Assembly: GCA_050295515.1 (NCBI GenBank)
Contig: JBNKPU010000168.1
Location: 47,899-111,898, forward strand
DNA from: Bacteroidales bacterium
GTDB lineage: Bacteria; Bacteroidota; Bacteroidia; Bacteroidales; UBA10428
DNA length: 64,000 bases
Direction of reading: 5' to 3'
Positions 30,583-40,836 of this stretch are shown one piece after another; position 1 is the stretch's first letter; the number at the start of each line of letters is the position of its first letter. A program made the position numbers and the translations under genes. The notes below the pieces were generated by a model that had not been told where the DNA came from, did no database searches, and saw only the letters and a list, made by a program, of their open reading frames with translations.

Positions 30583-32440
30583 TTCCTATAACTTTATCTA
30601 GCACAAATAGCATCCATAATAGATTGCCATTATTCTCTTTACCTGATTGATGTTTCCTGACTATACCTATTAATTCACCCCGGCTAAATGGGAGGTTTTC
30701 TGATAATACTAATTGGTTAAGCACAGGTTCAAATTCTTTTGTTTTAAACCACTCTAAAAGCGGAACTACAAACCCTTTTTTAGGCGCCGATAACAATTCT
30801 TTCGGCAATTTTTTTGCTATAGTATTCCGTAATACAGATTTTCGTTCATAGCCCTTCATTTTAAGATCTTTATGAACCCCAGCCATAAACTCTATTAATC
30901 GATAATCTAGAAAAGGTGTTCTCGTTTCAAGACTATGAGACATACTCATTCTATCTACCTTTACAAGCATATCATCTGGTAATGAAAGCTTATAGTTTAA
31001 AAACATCAACTTATAAAAACCATCAGTAAAGCTACATGATTTAAGTAAGTCATTTAAATAATCTACAATAGGATAATAACTACCACTATTTTGCACTAGT
31101 CGATTAATAGAATCAAAATCGCCCCAACAGCCTTTCTGTGCAATTCGAGTTGTAAAGGGTTGTAATGAACTGTATAACACCCTTACCCTGCGGTTCATCT
31201 TATATTTATAATGATTGGATAAAGGTTGCGATATGCTTGACAATAGCTTTGGTAAACTTCCAGCAATAAAATTAGGTATCTTATTGTAGGCATGAGCAAA
31301 TTTCTCTCCTTGATATCCTGTATAGCCAGACAATAGCTCATCACCACCATCACCTGTTAGTACCATTTTAACTTTATCAACTGCAAATTCAGAGACATAA
31401 CCAGTAGGTATTGCAGATGAATCTCCAAAAGGCTCATCATAATAATTTACAATGTTATTTAAATCAGAATTAAAAGAGTGAGGAGTTACCGTCTTGGTAC
31501 TGTGGGTGGTATGAAACTTATCTGCAACTAATTGAGCAAGTGCTGATTCATCAAAACCTTTTTCACTAAACCCAATGTTAAAGGTATTTACAGGCATAGG
31601 ATGTAACTCCGACATTGTGGCAACTATACACGATGAATCTAACCCCCCACTTAAAAATGCCCCAAAGGGTACATCTGAACGCAAACGAATTCTAACAGAA
31701 TCGGTAAATAATTCTTCGAATCGTTTATGAACACTTTTTTCATCATTTAACATATCTTTTTCAGATAACTGAGGCAACTCCCAGTATTTGCTGATTTTAC
31801 AATTGTTTTCACTAACCAAGATACAATGACCTGGTTCGAGTTTATTAATATTTTTAAAGAATGTATAAGGAGCTGGAATATATCCAAGCATCATGTAAAG
31901 CTCTAAGATTTCGAAATTAAACTGATTGGGTATACCATACGCTTTTACGGCTTTAATTTCCGAGGCAAAAACAATTGAATTATCGATAATAGAATAAAAA
32001 AGTGGTTTTTCTCCCACACGATCACGCGAAATAAACAGCTCCTGGGTTCGATTGTTCCAGATAGCAAAAGCCCACATTCCATTTAACCGTTTTTGACAAT
32101 CAATGCCCCATTCTTCATAAGCTTTTATTATTACCTCAGTATCGGAATGTGTAACAAAATTATGTCCAAGAGCACGTAATTCTTTTCTAAGCTCTATGTA
32201 ATTATAGATTTCTCCATTAAAAACAATAGAAATGCTTTCATCCTGATTAAACATAGGTTGATCGCCTGTTTCCTGATCGATAATTACAAGCCTTCTATGC
32301 CCTAACCCCATATTATTCTTTACATAATAGCCTTCACCATCAGGTCCTCTATGGAAAAGCTTATTTGTCATTACTCGCAGAAGCTGTGAATCAACAGGTC
32401 TTAACTTATCAAAATGAAATATTCCGGCAATACCACACAT
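30572..32440 (-). CDS. asparagine synthase-like glutamine amidotransferase (paralog 2)
   Basis: MCGIAGIF, the SGGLDSS PP-loop and KKGF are present. It overlaps the next gene by 11 nt. Confidence 0.88.
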   Translation of the reverse strand: MCGIAGIFHFDKLRPVDSQLLRVMTNKLFHRGPDGEGYYVKNNMGLGHRRLVIIDQETGDQPMFNQDESISIVFNGEIYNYIELRKELRALGHNFVTHSDTEVIIKAYEEWGIDCQKRLNGMWAFAIWNNRTQELFISRDRVGEKPLFYSIIDNSIVFASEIKAVKAYGIPNQFNFEILELYMMLGYIPAPYTFFKNINKLEPGHCILVSENNCKISKYWELPQLSEKDMLNDEKSVHKRFEELFTDSVRIRLRSDVPFGAFLSGGLDSSCIVATMSELHPMPVNTFNIGFSEKGFDESALAQLVADKFHTTHSTKTVTPHSFNSDLNNIVNYYDEPFGDSSAIPTGYVSEFAVDKVKMVLTGDGGDELLSGYTGYQGEKFAHAYNKIPNFIAGSLPKLLSSISQPLSNHYKYKMNRRVRVLYSSLQPFTTRIAQKGCWGDFDSINRLVQNSGSYYPIVDYLNDLLKSCSFTDGFYKLMFLNYKLSLPDDMLVKVDRMSMSHSLETRTPFLDYRLIEFMAGVHKDLKMKGYERKSVLRNTIAKKLPKELLSAPKKGFVVPLLEWFKTKEFEPVLNQLVLSENLPFSRGELIGIVRKHQSGKENNGNLLWMLFVLDKVIGNDK

Positions 32441-32443
32441 AAA

Positions 32444-33046
32444 CTATCCATCAACACGGTTAAACTGCATATGAATACCCTTTATTTCATCATATGTATA
32501 TTTAGATTTAATCAATTTCAAATGTTTTTTAAGATCATCATCAGAAAATCTTAGCTTAATTATTTTACATGGCGAACCAATAGCAATACAGTAGGGAGGT
32601 ATTTCTTTTGTCACAACCGACCCTGCTCCAACAATGCTTCCTTCTCCAATCTTAACCCCTTTTAAAATTAAAACTCTAGCCCCTACCCATACATCATCTT
32701 CAAGAATTACCGGAATATTTACTCCTCCAGTTTTGACATAGCGCATCTGAACACCAATTTCTGATAAATTATGATCACCACCCATAATCATAACATCCGG
32801 TCCAAACATGACCCCATTACCAATTTTAACCAAAACCTCAGTATTTATTATTGTTCTTTCACCAAAAAACACATCATTGCCAATTTCAATTAAACGGTGG
32901 TCGTTAAAAATTGAACTAGGACTAAATCTAAAATTCTTTCCACATATTCTTAATGAACGCTTAAGTATTAACCACTTTAAGGGCCAAAGAAAATTCGGAA
33001 TTGAGCGTAAAATCCAGGTTAATTTTTGTGGTGACATTTTAAGCAT
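32444..33046 (-). CDS. hexapeptide-repeat (LbH) acetyltransferase
   Basis: Left-handed beta-helix repeats IGNDVFFGERTII, IGNGVMFGPDVMI, VGARVLILKGVKIGEGSIVGAGSVV. Confidence 0.8.
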   Translation of the reverse strand: MLKMSPQKLTWILRSIPNFLWPLKWLILKRSLRICGKNFRFSPSSIFNDHRLIEIGNDVFFGERTIINTEVLVKIGNGVMFGPDVMIMGGDHNLSEIGVQMRYVKTGGVNIPVILEDDVWVGARVLILKGVKIGEGSIVGAGSVVTKEIPPYCIAIGSPCKIIKLRFSDDDLKKHLKLIKSKYTYDEIKGIHMQFNRVDG

Positions 33047-33997
33047 TTACATTCTAGATTTATAGATTTTATTAAGCAATTTAGATGGAATTAAACATAA
33101 AGCTATATAAGGATAAACCTTGAAAAAAGAAGGAAACATTGTAATGACCTTGAAAAAGAAAGATAAGGCCTTCAGCTTTTTATTAGCATTTAAAAGATAT
33201 TTTTTACCAACATGAAAATAATAAATCATTAATTGATATCTTTTACTAATTTTTTTTACTGTTTTCTTAAGCAACAACCTCTCATCCTCAGTAGAGTAGC
33301 CTCTCATAATCATGTTTTTTGAGATTTCATGCATTACCATTGTCTCCTTCCCGGATTTAAGCGTAATTGCATTAGGAGTTAATCTATACTTAATTAAATA
33401 TTCGTTTAAATTACAGATTTTACCATATTTAGATAACTGATTCCAAAGTATTACATCTTCAAACCTATTTTTTATATCCTCATTATAATATCCAACCTTT
33501 TTTGCAATTTCTTTACGAAACATTGCTGAAGAATGAAATATTGGGTTTTTAATTAATCTTGTTTTTATATCCTCCCACGCAGTATAAGATTCATGATAGA
33601 AAATTTCCGCTCCTCCCTTTTCAATAATAATTGCCTTTGAACCAACAACAACATAATCTGGATTATCCAACAAAAAATGAACCTGCTTGTCCAATCTGGT
33701 TGGGAAGGAAATATCGTCTGAATCCATACGAGCAATATATTCACCATTTGACATTCTTATCCCCTTATTCAGTGAACGAGCCAACCCTTGATTCTCATGT
33801 TCAATTAGTTTTATTCGAGGATCACTATATTCTTTTATTATTTCTGAACTTTTATCAATTGATCCATCGTTAATAATAATAAATTCAAAATTTGTATACG
33901 TTTGATTAAGAATACTTTCAATGGCTTCTCTTAGGTAAAGATCCCCATTATAAACACTCATTACAACACTAACCAATGGTGATATTTGCATTTTCAC
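33047..33997 (-). CDS. glycosyltransferase family 2
   Basis: VSVVMSVYNGDLYLREAIESILNQTYTNFEFIIINDGS and ARMDSDD (DxD) are present. Confidence 0.85.
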   Translation of the reverse strand: MKMQISPLVSVVMSVYNGDLYLREAIESILNQTYTNFEFIIINDGSIDKSSEIIKEYSDPRIKLIEHENQGLARSLNKGIRMSNGEYIARMDSDDISFPTRLDKQVHFLLDNPDYVVVGSKAIIIEKGGAEIFYHESYTAWEDIKTRLIKNPIFHSSAMFRKEIAKKVGYYNEDIKNRFEDVILWNQLSKYGKICNLNEYLIKYRLTPNAITLKSGKETMVMHEISKNMIMRGYSTEDERLLLKKTVKKISKRYQLMIYYFHVGKKYLLNANKKLKALSFFFKVITMFPSFFKVYPYIALCLIPSKLLNKIYKSRM

Positions 33998-35151
33998 TTA
34001 AAGTTTAATGAATTAAATAGACTTTTATATCTGATTTGATATGTATGACATTTAATAGCCCTTTTATACCCTGCCTCTCGTATTTTATTTGCCGCTCCTT
34101 CATTAGCAATATAAAATTTTGCTTTATCTAATAGCTCGTACTCATTATTAAAAACAATTACTTCTTCATCTGGTACATAGTGTTCTGCAAGTTCATCACT
34201 AAAATTAGTCATATATAAACCACCACTCATTGGTACCTCAAATTCGCGTAAATGTATATGCTGTTTTAGTGTTAATGAATTATTATTGTCTGTGCTAAAT
34301 ACTTCTAAGAAACCTAAATTGATTTTACTCTTGCTAAAGGTTTTTACCATTTCATCATCAGAGATAGGGTAATTAAATTTTTTCGGAAATACTTTTAGTA
34401 AATAATTCTGAGAATCTATTTCCAGTATATTGTTTGATAATTTAAACCTCGAAATTGCATTAAAAGTGATAAACGATTGCAATAAATCCTTTGTACGGTT
34501 AAACTCCTTGTACATTCTTCTGGCTTTTGGATATGGCTTTTTATATTTCCAATTGCCACCAAAACAATTTAAGTCTATCCCATTTTCTAATAAGTGTCGC
34601 ACATAATAGGCCCTTCTTGCGTATCTAGAACCTATAAATGTCATATCAAACTCTTTTTTAACCGAAACTGGATGATAATAGGTAGGATTAGCTGCCATCT
34701 GAAACCAAATTGAGTTTAGGCCTAATGCATCAAATTTGCATTTTGCTTCTTTTTCGGAATACAAGCTATAATCAAACACCTTTGCCAGCCCTTCAACCAA
34801 ATAAAACTGATGTGTATTATTACAAGAGAAATTTAGCGTTGGCAATCCAAGTTTCTTAATCTCAGTAATAACTTCAGGAAAAATATCATCTTTTGTGAAA
34901 TACGAAAAAAACAGGTCAAAGGGCTCTCTCTTATGTTCCTTTTTAAAGATTTCTACGATATCGTTTGATAATTGCTCTTTATAAGCGGCAGTCCTAAACC
35001 CTAAATTATTGCTGGTACAATAATCATCTAAACGAAGAAGAAATACATCGTGCTCTAAATCGAGTAAGGGCTCATATAAATTCTTATACCAAGTTAAGCT
35101 ACCTGGCACAGACATATTACCTGATGGATGCAAAACTAAAAATATGCGCAT
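33994..35151 (-). CDS. CgeB-like glycosyltransferase family protein
   Basis: The C-terminal REFEVPMSGGLYMT and EEVIVFNN...ANKIREAGYKRA pattern resembles the CgeB/Glyco_trans_1_2 family. Confidence 0.55.
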   Translation of the reverse strand: MRIFLVLHPSGNMSVPGSLTWYKNLYEPLLDLEHDVFLLRLDDYCTSNNLGFRTAAYKEQLSNDIVEIFKKEHKREPFDLFFSYFTKDDIFPEVITEIKKLGLPTLNFSCNNTHQFYLVEGLAKVFDYSLYSEKEAKCKFDALGLNSIWFQMAANPTYYHPVSVKKEFDMTFIGSRYARRAYYVRHLLENGIDLNCFGGNWKYKKPYPKARRMYKEFNRTKDLLQSFITFNAISRFKLSNNILEIDSQNYLLKVFPKKFNYPISDDEMVKTFSKSKINLGFLEVFSTDNNNSLTLKQHIHLREFEVPMSGGLYMTNFSDELAEHYVPDEEVIVFNNEYELLDKAKFYIANEGAANKIREAGYKRAIKCHTYQIRYKSLFNSLNFK

Positions 35152-35155
35152 AATT

Positions 35156-36172
35156 TTATGAGAATAGTATATTCACTCCGGCCTTATATTTTCTATGTAG
35201 ATAATTAGCAGTAATAATTGCTTTAAATTGTATTTTTAATAAAAATCCGTTGATTGAGTAATTTTCATTTCTACTCTCTAATATATCGAAAAAACTCATA
35301 AGTTTTTTCGCGCTCAACTCCAAAGAAAGATTATTACGAATATACAGCTGAGGGTGAAAATCTTTATAGTTTTTAACCATTAAATTTATTGCCTCCATTA
35401 ACTCATTTAGCTCATAAATAATAATACCACATGTAGCATCGAAATAAGGGGCGCTCGTAGGTTTAAAGCTTCGCAGTTTTTTGGGAAACCTATAATCATA
35501 CTTGCCGGTTGCCTCAAAAAGCGAACTAACATTGCAAACTACTAACGGCATATTTGAGGCTAATGCCTCTTGCAAAGCTATACCCTGACTCTCCGTTATT
35601 CCAAGCCAGATACCAAACCAACACTTAGCCAACACCTCTTTAAACTCTTTTTCGGAATAGCTTCCATATTCAATTAGAATAGGATTAAATCCCATATTTT
35701 TAACAGTAGCTAATACCTCTTCTAATAAAGCTCTAGATCGACGTTTAAAATACACCATAACATTTTTCGATTCCGAACGATTTATAGAGAATTCGTCTAT
35801 ATCAATTCCAGCCGGCCAAGTTTCTAATTTACTCTTTTTATAGTTTAATTCCTCCCAAACATTAACACACCAAGCTGATGGATGCAAATACAAGCAATGC
35901 GATAGACTCGGCAAAAATGCTGGAAGGTCTTTGGGTAAAACCACTAAATTAGGCCCAACCACAGCCGGCGTTTTATAAACAGCAACTTCAACTAACCCTG
36001 GTAGAGAATCATGTACCCAATTCATTTTATACTTACCAATTGGCTGATTAAATACATAAGGTTGTTGTATTAAATCAAGACCTTTAATTGTATTTTGAAG
36101 TACCTTATTGGGGCCTCCAACCTTAAGGGTCTTTGCCGAATTTGATATAATATTTAAGGTGATGGTATTCAT
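35156..36172 (-). CDS. putative glycosyltransferase (weak GT-B C-terminal similarity)
   Basis: GIALQEALASNMPLVV resembles the GT4 donor-binding helix; otherwise unassigned. A TAATG overlap links it to the upstream gene. Confidence 0.4.
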   Translation of the reverse strand: MNTITLNIISNSAKTLKVGGPNKVLQNTIKGLDLIQQPYVFNQPIGKYKMNWVHDSLPGLVEVAVYKTPAVVGPNLVVLPKDLPAFLPSLSHCLYLHPSAWCVNVWEELNYKKSKLETWPAGIDIDEFSINRSESKNVMVYFKRRSRALLEEVLATVKNMGFNPILIEYGSYSEKEFKEVLAKCWFGIWLGITESQGIALQEALASNMPLVVCNVSSLFEATGKYDYRFPKKLRSFKPTSAPYFDATCGIIIYELNELMEAINLMVKNYKDFHPQLYIRNNLSLELSAKKLMSFFDILESRNENYSINGFLLKIQFKAIITANYLHRKYKAGVNILFS

Positions 36173-37701
36173 TAAGCTGTTTTTAAATCCTGACGTATTC
36201 TATTCTCCTCCAGCTTGGTATAATTATATGCATTAATTGCAAACGAAAAGTATAAAAGCAATACAATTCCGGTAGATTCAAACCCAACCATATAATGAAA
36301 TACTTGCCCAGATGTACTATGTATAATAAAAAAAACGAAAAAAATAATTATAAAAACAGGCAAGCCTTTCATATAATTATTTGCTGAAGAGCAAGTTTTA
36401 TAGAGGCGATATAACTTTATATTAAAAGCAAACCAAAACCCAACAAATAATAAATACCCAATAACTCCCCCGTTTATTAGCATATTAGTATGCCCAACAT
36501 GCCCATTAGAATTATTATGAAACTTATCTGAAAAAGCCCATCCAAAAATCGGACTTTCTTTAAAAATGACCATTTGCATAGGCATATATTCCGTAAATCT
36601 TTCAAAACCAGTTTCCCGAGCAGTATCCTCTTCTTTAAAATCATCCAGGGTAGTTAATCTCGAAGAAATAAAAGTAAACTGGTCTTTTACCTGAGGAAAA
36701 GCAAACAATAAAATTATTACAACAGCAACAATACTAACAGTGTATTGTATAATTGGCATAATGTTTTTAGAACTATATAATATAAATGCAACCCATGCAA
36801 AGCTAATTGCAACAATGTATCCACGGGTTGCTGTAAGTACAATTGAAAAAATTGCTACACCCATAATATACCGCAAATATCTCTTTGAAAAATAATCTTG
36901 TCGTATGGTCGAAAAATACATCGACCCTAATAGAATCGAAATATTCATCATGTACGAGTAAAATACCCGAGAACCAACACCTGATAACTCACCACTTGCC
37001 AACTTTTCGTAATAATTACCATACTGCTCATCAAATGGATTAAAGTTTGTGCCAAACAAAATAGCAAATTGCTGCCCCGAAATAAGTTCATATAACTGAG
37101 TTCCAAGATTAATAAAAACAATAGGAAATAATAATTTATAAAACTTAACCCATAACAATGGCGAATTCATTAGAGCGGGAATTGAAAATAATAGTGTGTA
37201 CGGAATAATAAATCGAATCGTGCGAAATAAACGTGTTGGAGAAATTCCAAAAAAGAAAGATAACACCAAAAGAAACACACAATAAACCGCTAATAGTGTT
37301 ATGCTATTCTTAAAATAGATTGGGACTTTCCGTTTTTTTAAAAGAAACTTTGCAAAAAGGCAAAAAATAACCAATTCCGGAAAATAAATATAACGCAACC
37401 CTGGAATTAGATATAATGGCACCGAATAATTATAATCGCGATTTGGGAAAAGTCCTCCTGGAGGATCTACTAAGAATACTAAAAAAACCAACCAAAAATA
37501 ATCAGCCTTAGATCGATACATTGCTACCAGAATTACCAAAAATAAAACGCTGGAAATTACATTAGGCAGGTAGTATATACTAATAACACTCAATAAAATA
37601 AGACCTATCAAAAGAGCATAGTCATTTTTTATACCTTTCTTAAACAAAGTATTCTTTTCCTGAAAAGACAAACGGCTATTTTGATTGCGACTTTTCTTCA
37701 A
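36172..37701 (-). CDS. Wzy-like O-antigen/capsule polymerase
   Basis: At least 10 predicted TM helices, a large loop and an ATRGY motif as in O-antigen ligase/polymerase-like proteins. The start is TTG, so it is uncertain. Confidence 0.6.
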   Translation of the reverse strand: MKKSRNQNSRLSFQEKNTLFKKGIKNDYALLIGLILLSVISIYYLPNVISSVLFLVILVAMYRSKADYFWLVFLVFLVDPPGGLFPNRDYNYSVPLYLIPGLRYIYFPELVIFCLFAKFLLKKRKVPIYFKNSITLLAVYCVFLLVLSFFFGISPTRLFRTIRFIIPYTLLFSIPALMNSPLLWVKFYKLLFPIVFINLGTQLYELISGQQFAILFGTNFNPFDEQYGNYYEKLASGELSGVGSRVFYSYMMNISILLGSMYFSTIRQDYFSKRYLRYIMGVAIFSIVLTATRGYIVAISFAWVAFILYSSKNIMPIIQYTVSIVAVVIILLFAFPQVKDQFTFISSRLTTLDDFKEEDTARETGFERFTEYMPMQMVIFKESPIFGWAFSDKFHNNSNGHVGHTNMLINGGVIGYLLFVGFWFAFNIKLYRLYKTCSSANNYMKGLPVFIIIFFVFFIIHSTSGQVFHYMVGFESTGIVLLLYFSFAINAYNYTKLEENRIRQDLKTA

Positions 37702-37753
37702 AATTTTTATGAGTTTTAGATAATATATTTAACTACTATGAGTTTTAAATTCT

Positions 37754-38839
37754 TTAGAAATCTCGAATCTCCTCATAATCAATCCCCAATGCCTCCCTAA
37801 GAATTTCTTTTAAATCATTCGAATTACGCTTTAGGTTTATGGCATCGCAACTTTTATAGGGGTTTGACTTACTATAATCGTTAATAACTATGCGCTTACA
37901 ATGTAACATACCCATTAATAGAGCATGGTACTTTAGCCCAAACTGTTCTAATTGCTCTACAGTAGTTTTTCGATACTTTTCGCTTCGGGCAGTGGTAATT
38001 ACAAACTGAAATTTCCCGGTTTTCTGAAGTTCTAATAAAATGCTAAGGTTATCACTTAATGGGCCTGTTTCACCATAATTTGGAGGAAAGTGAGAAGCAG
38101 AATGTTCACAAATAACACCATCCAGATCCAAGAACAAGGTAGCATAAGAACGTTTATATCGTTCCCAATCTTCAAGGGTACCCCAATCGTTGTAATTCGA
38201 AACCAATTCACCCTTAAACGTTTTTTCATCCAACAAACATTGGTAAATTACATTACTTATATACCTATCGGTTTTCATATCCAATTTATCAAGAATCGAT
38301 GTAAAAAGCTCGGCGTTCTCGAAACCATAACCTCCAACACAAAAATTTGGGCTAATTACTTCTTTCTCTACGATATTTGTAATATTCCCAAACTCGTCGG
38401 TTGCTAAATAGCTTTTATTGCTAGGCTTAATTAAGCCTGCACTATTTAAGTTACTATAATGTATAAAATTACCTGGTTTAATATCGGCAACAAACCGATT
38501 ATCTGAATCCTTAATAAATATTGGACCTGTAATATTTGCCTGCTTTATTGCCTGATAAATAGTTTCCGGCTGATCCCTTGTTGGCTCAGGAAGTTCCACT
38601 AAGGTTGTTTTATCCATTAAATCATTATCTGATAATTCTTCGGCAAATCCTTTCAGAAACTTGTAATGCTCTTCATGCTCTTTTAAATAAACAAAATATA
38701 TGTTGTCAAAATGGTTTAAATTAAAGCCTGAAATTGCTTCAAGTGCCATAAACTTACCATTCGGATGTGTTAACATCCACTTTGGCCTTACTCCTGGGAA
38801 GCGAGAGGAGCTTCCAGCCATTGGTACTATCAAATTCAT
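37754..38839 (-). CDS. nucleotidyltransferase (N-terminal) fused to HAD-like phosphatase domain (C-terminal)
   Basis: LIVPMAGSSSRF is the G-rich NTP-binding loop of sugar-phosphate nucleotidyltransferases. C-terminal LFLDLDGVI is HAD motif I, and VITTARSE is a motif II-like region. Confidence 0.6.
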   Translation of the reverse strand: MNLIVPMAGSSSRFPGVRPKWMLTHPNGKFMALEAISGFNLNHFDNIYFVYLKEHEEHYKFLKGFAEELSDNDLMDKTTLVELPEPTRDQPETIYQAIKQANITGPIFIKDSDNRFVADIKPGNFIHYSNLNSAGLIKPSNKSYLATDEFGNITNIVEKEVISPNFCVGGYGFENAELFTSILDKLDMKTDRYISNVIYQCLLDEKTFKGELVSNYNDWGTLEDWERYKRSYATLFLDLDGVICEHSASHFPPNYGETGPLSDNLSILLELQKTGKFQFVITTARSEKYRKTTVEQLEQFGLKYHALLMGMLHCKRIVINDYSKSNPYKSCDAINLKRNSNDLKEILREALGIDYEEIRDF

Positions 38840-39705
38840 AGACTAAATATTTTTGTTAGAGATTCTTCAATAAATAATAATTCATTCTTATTTTGCACAT
38901 AAGGTACAATTCGCAGAAAGTTAAGCTTTTCTAAATACAAATACCATTCTTTTATCTCAGGATTGGCACGAATATAATTTAACAATATTTCATCAAAGTA
39001 ACGAAAAACTTGTATAATTTTGGTTTCCTGATAGGAATTCAAGTTATTATCGATAAATGGTGTCCAGTGAAAAAAAGTATCCTGTCGTAACTTTACCAAA
39101 TCGTTAATGGGCGTATCAATAAAAGAATCTAAAAAATCGATTAAATACACCCTTGTGGGTGTAAATATTTGATTGGAAAAAGTTAAATCACCATGAGAAT
39201 ACCCAAGCGGAATAGCAACCTCTGGTATCGATTTCTCCAAAGTACTTATTGTATCATATACAATTGAAGATACATCCTTTCTACTTGTCAACAATTGTTT
39301 TATTTGATTAAGCTTGTTTAGAATAATCTCAGGCTCTAAAACCTCTAACGACGCCTCTTGCAAGTTATGCGCCACAAAATCGATAAGCTTATTAATTAAA
39401 GTCTTTAATTGTACAACATTAGCTTGCATTATATAATCTGCATAAGACTGGCCACGTATATACTGCATTTCGAAACTTGCGGTAGAACTACTACTCTCAA
39501 TAAAATCTTTAATAGAAGGTGTAACAAAAAAATTGTTCTGACTCCTTAATTCTTGAAATGTCTTTTGCTTTAAATATTGTTCTTTTAAACGGTTATTATA
39601 CTCAGAACTAGAAGATGTCTTTTTTACTAATAACGCACCTGATTTATCAATAATTTGCAAATTACACCCTGATCTTCCTTCCAAGCCTAATAAACCTTTC
39701 TCCAT
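38836..39705 (-). CDS. APH/choline-kinase-fold small-molecule kinase
   Basis: Brenner-type catalytic loop YSHGDLTFSN followed by YLIDFLDS (metal-binding D). A 4 nt overlap links it to the nucleotidyltransferase gene. Confidence 0.6.
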   Translation of the reverse strand: MEKGLLGLEGRSGCNLQIIDKSGALLVKKTSSSSEYNNRLKEQYLKQKTFQELRSQNNFFVTPSIKDFIESSSSTASFEMQYIRGQSYADYIMQANVVQLKTLINKLIDFVAHNLQEASLEVLEPEIILNKLNQIKQLLTSRKDVSSIVYDTISTLEKSIPEVAIPLGYSHGDLTFSNQIFTPTRVYLIDFLDSFIDTPINDLVKLRQDTFFHWTPFIDNNLNSYQETKIIQVFRYFDEILLNYIRANPEIKEWYLYLEKLNFLRIVPYVQNKNELLFIEESLTKIFSL

Positions 39706-39717
39706 CCTAGGTATATT

Positions 39718-40821
39718 CTAAAAGTATTTCTTTAGTCTTAAAAAATGTAATTCAAAAAAAGAATAGCTAATCCTAGCAATAACATAGGTAATAGCTAAAT
39801 AAACAATAAAAAACAGAAACCTATATAAAAAGCCATGTATTATATTTTCAAACACACCACCTACTACTTTAATAACTAACACATGGTATATATACATGCC
39901 ATACGATACTTGACCAATTTTTACAATAACCCCATTTTCAAATATTGGCTTAATAAATTTAACCTTTGAACTAATTAATAAGACAATTAAGGATGCAGCA
40001 AAGAAATTAAGGATGCTATACGACCAAAGATATTGATAATTTACTATGCTAACAAACGGGAACCCAAGTGTCGACAAATAGTCTAAAATGCTAAACGACT
40101 GTTGAATTGAGTTAACTATACCGGTCAGTAATGTTATAATAAAAATACTTGCAAAAATCTTACTTACAGAAACCTTAATATCCTTATAAAAAACTCCAGC
40201 AATACCCCCCAAAGCAAAGGCATCAAAATGACTAAATGTGAACCAATATATCGTATCTCCAATAATATAGTCTACATCAACTATGTTTTTCAAGTAACCT
40301 CCAAGTAAGTACCTTATCACAGGAACTCCAAGAATAAGCACTCCCGATACATAAAGCAATTGTTTCTTATTCAGAATAAAAACTAAAAATGGCCATATAA
40401 GGTAAAATTGTTCTTCCACGCACAAAGACCACAGATGATAAACTAACCCTTTTGAGGAGGAAAGTTCTGTGAAAAACGAGAAATTATATAAGTATGTTAG
40501 AATGTAGGGTAACTCCTTATTAAAATTTACAGGGTATTTATAAATAAGAAATATAATAAGTACTATAAAAACATATAAATAGTATAATGGAAATATTCTT
40601 AATATCCTTCTTGCATAAAAATTTCTAAGGTATTGTTTAAAGCCATATCTACTCTTATAACCATATAGTATTCTTGTTATTAAAAACCCTGATAACACAA
40701 AAAATACTTGTACGCCTATCCAACCAAAATTAAAGACCCCTGCATGAAACATTATTACCAGTATAACAGAGTAACCTCTAAGACCATCTAAGGCTGAAAA
40801 ATATTTATTATTATTGTCCAA
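39718..40821 (-). CDS. acyltransferase family 3 (membrane O-acyltransferase)
   Basis: The N-terminal FSALDGLRGYSVILVIMFHAG motif is present, with about 10 TM helices. Confidence 0.8.
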   Translation of the reverse strand: MDNNNKYFSALDGLRGYSVILVIMFHAGVFNFGWIGVQVFFVLSGFLITRILYGYKSRYGFKQYLRNFYARRILRIFPLYYLYVFIVLIIFLIYKYPVNFNKELPYILTYLYNFSFFTELSSSKGLVYHLWSLCVEEQFYLIWPFLVFILNKKQLLYVSGVLILGVPVIRYLLGGYLKNIVDVDYIIGDTIYWFTFSHFDAFALGGIAGVFYKDIKVSVSKIFASIFIITLLTGIVNSIQQSFSILDYLSTLGFPFVSIVNYQYLWSYSILNFFAASLIVLLISSKVKFIKPIFENGVIVKIGQVSYGMYIYHVLVIKVVGGVFENIIHGFLYRFLFFIVYLAITYVIARISYSFFELHFLRLKKYF

Positions 40822-40836
40822 TATCTGTGTTATAAG

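Noticed and set aside
27615-32440. The two AsnB-like genes as a recent tandem duplication.
   Set aside because: The proteins share the catalytic motifs but diverge strongly elsewhere. No nucleotide-level repeat is visible, so they are old paralogs with probably distinct roles.
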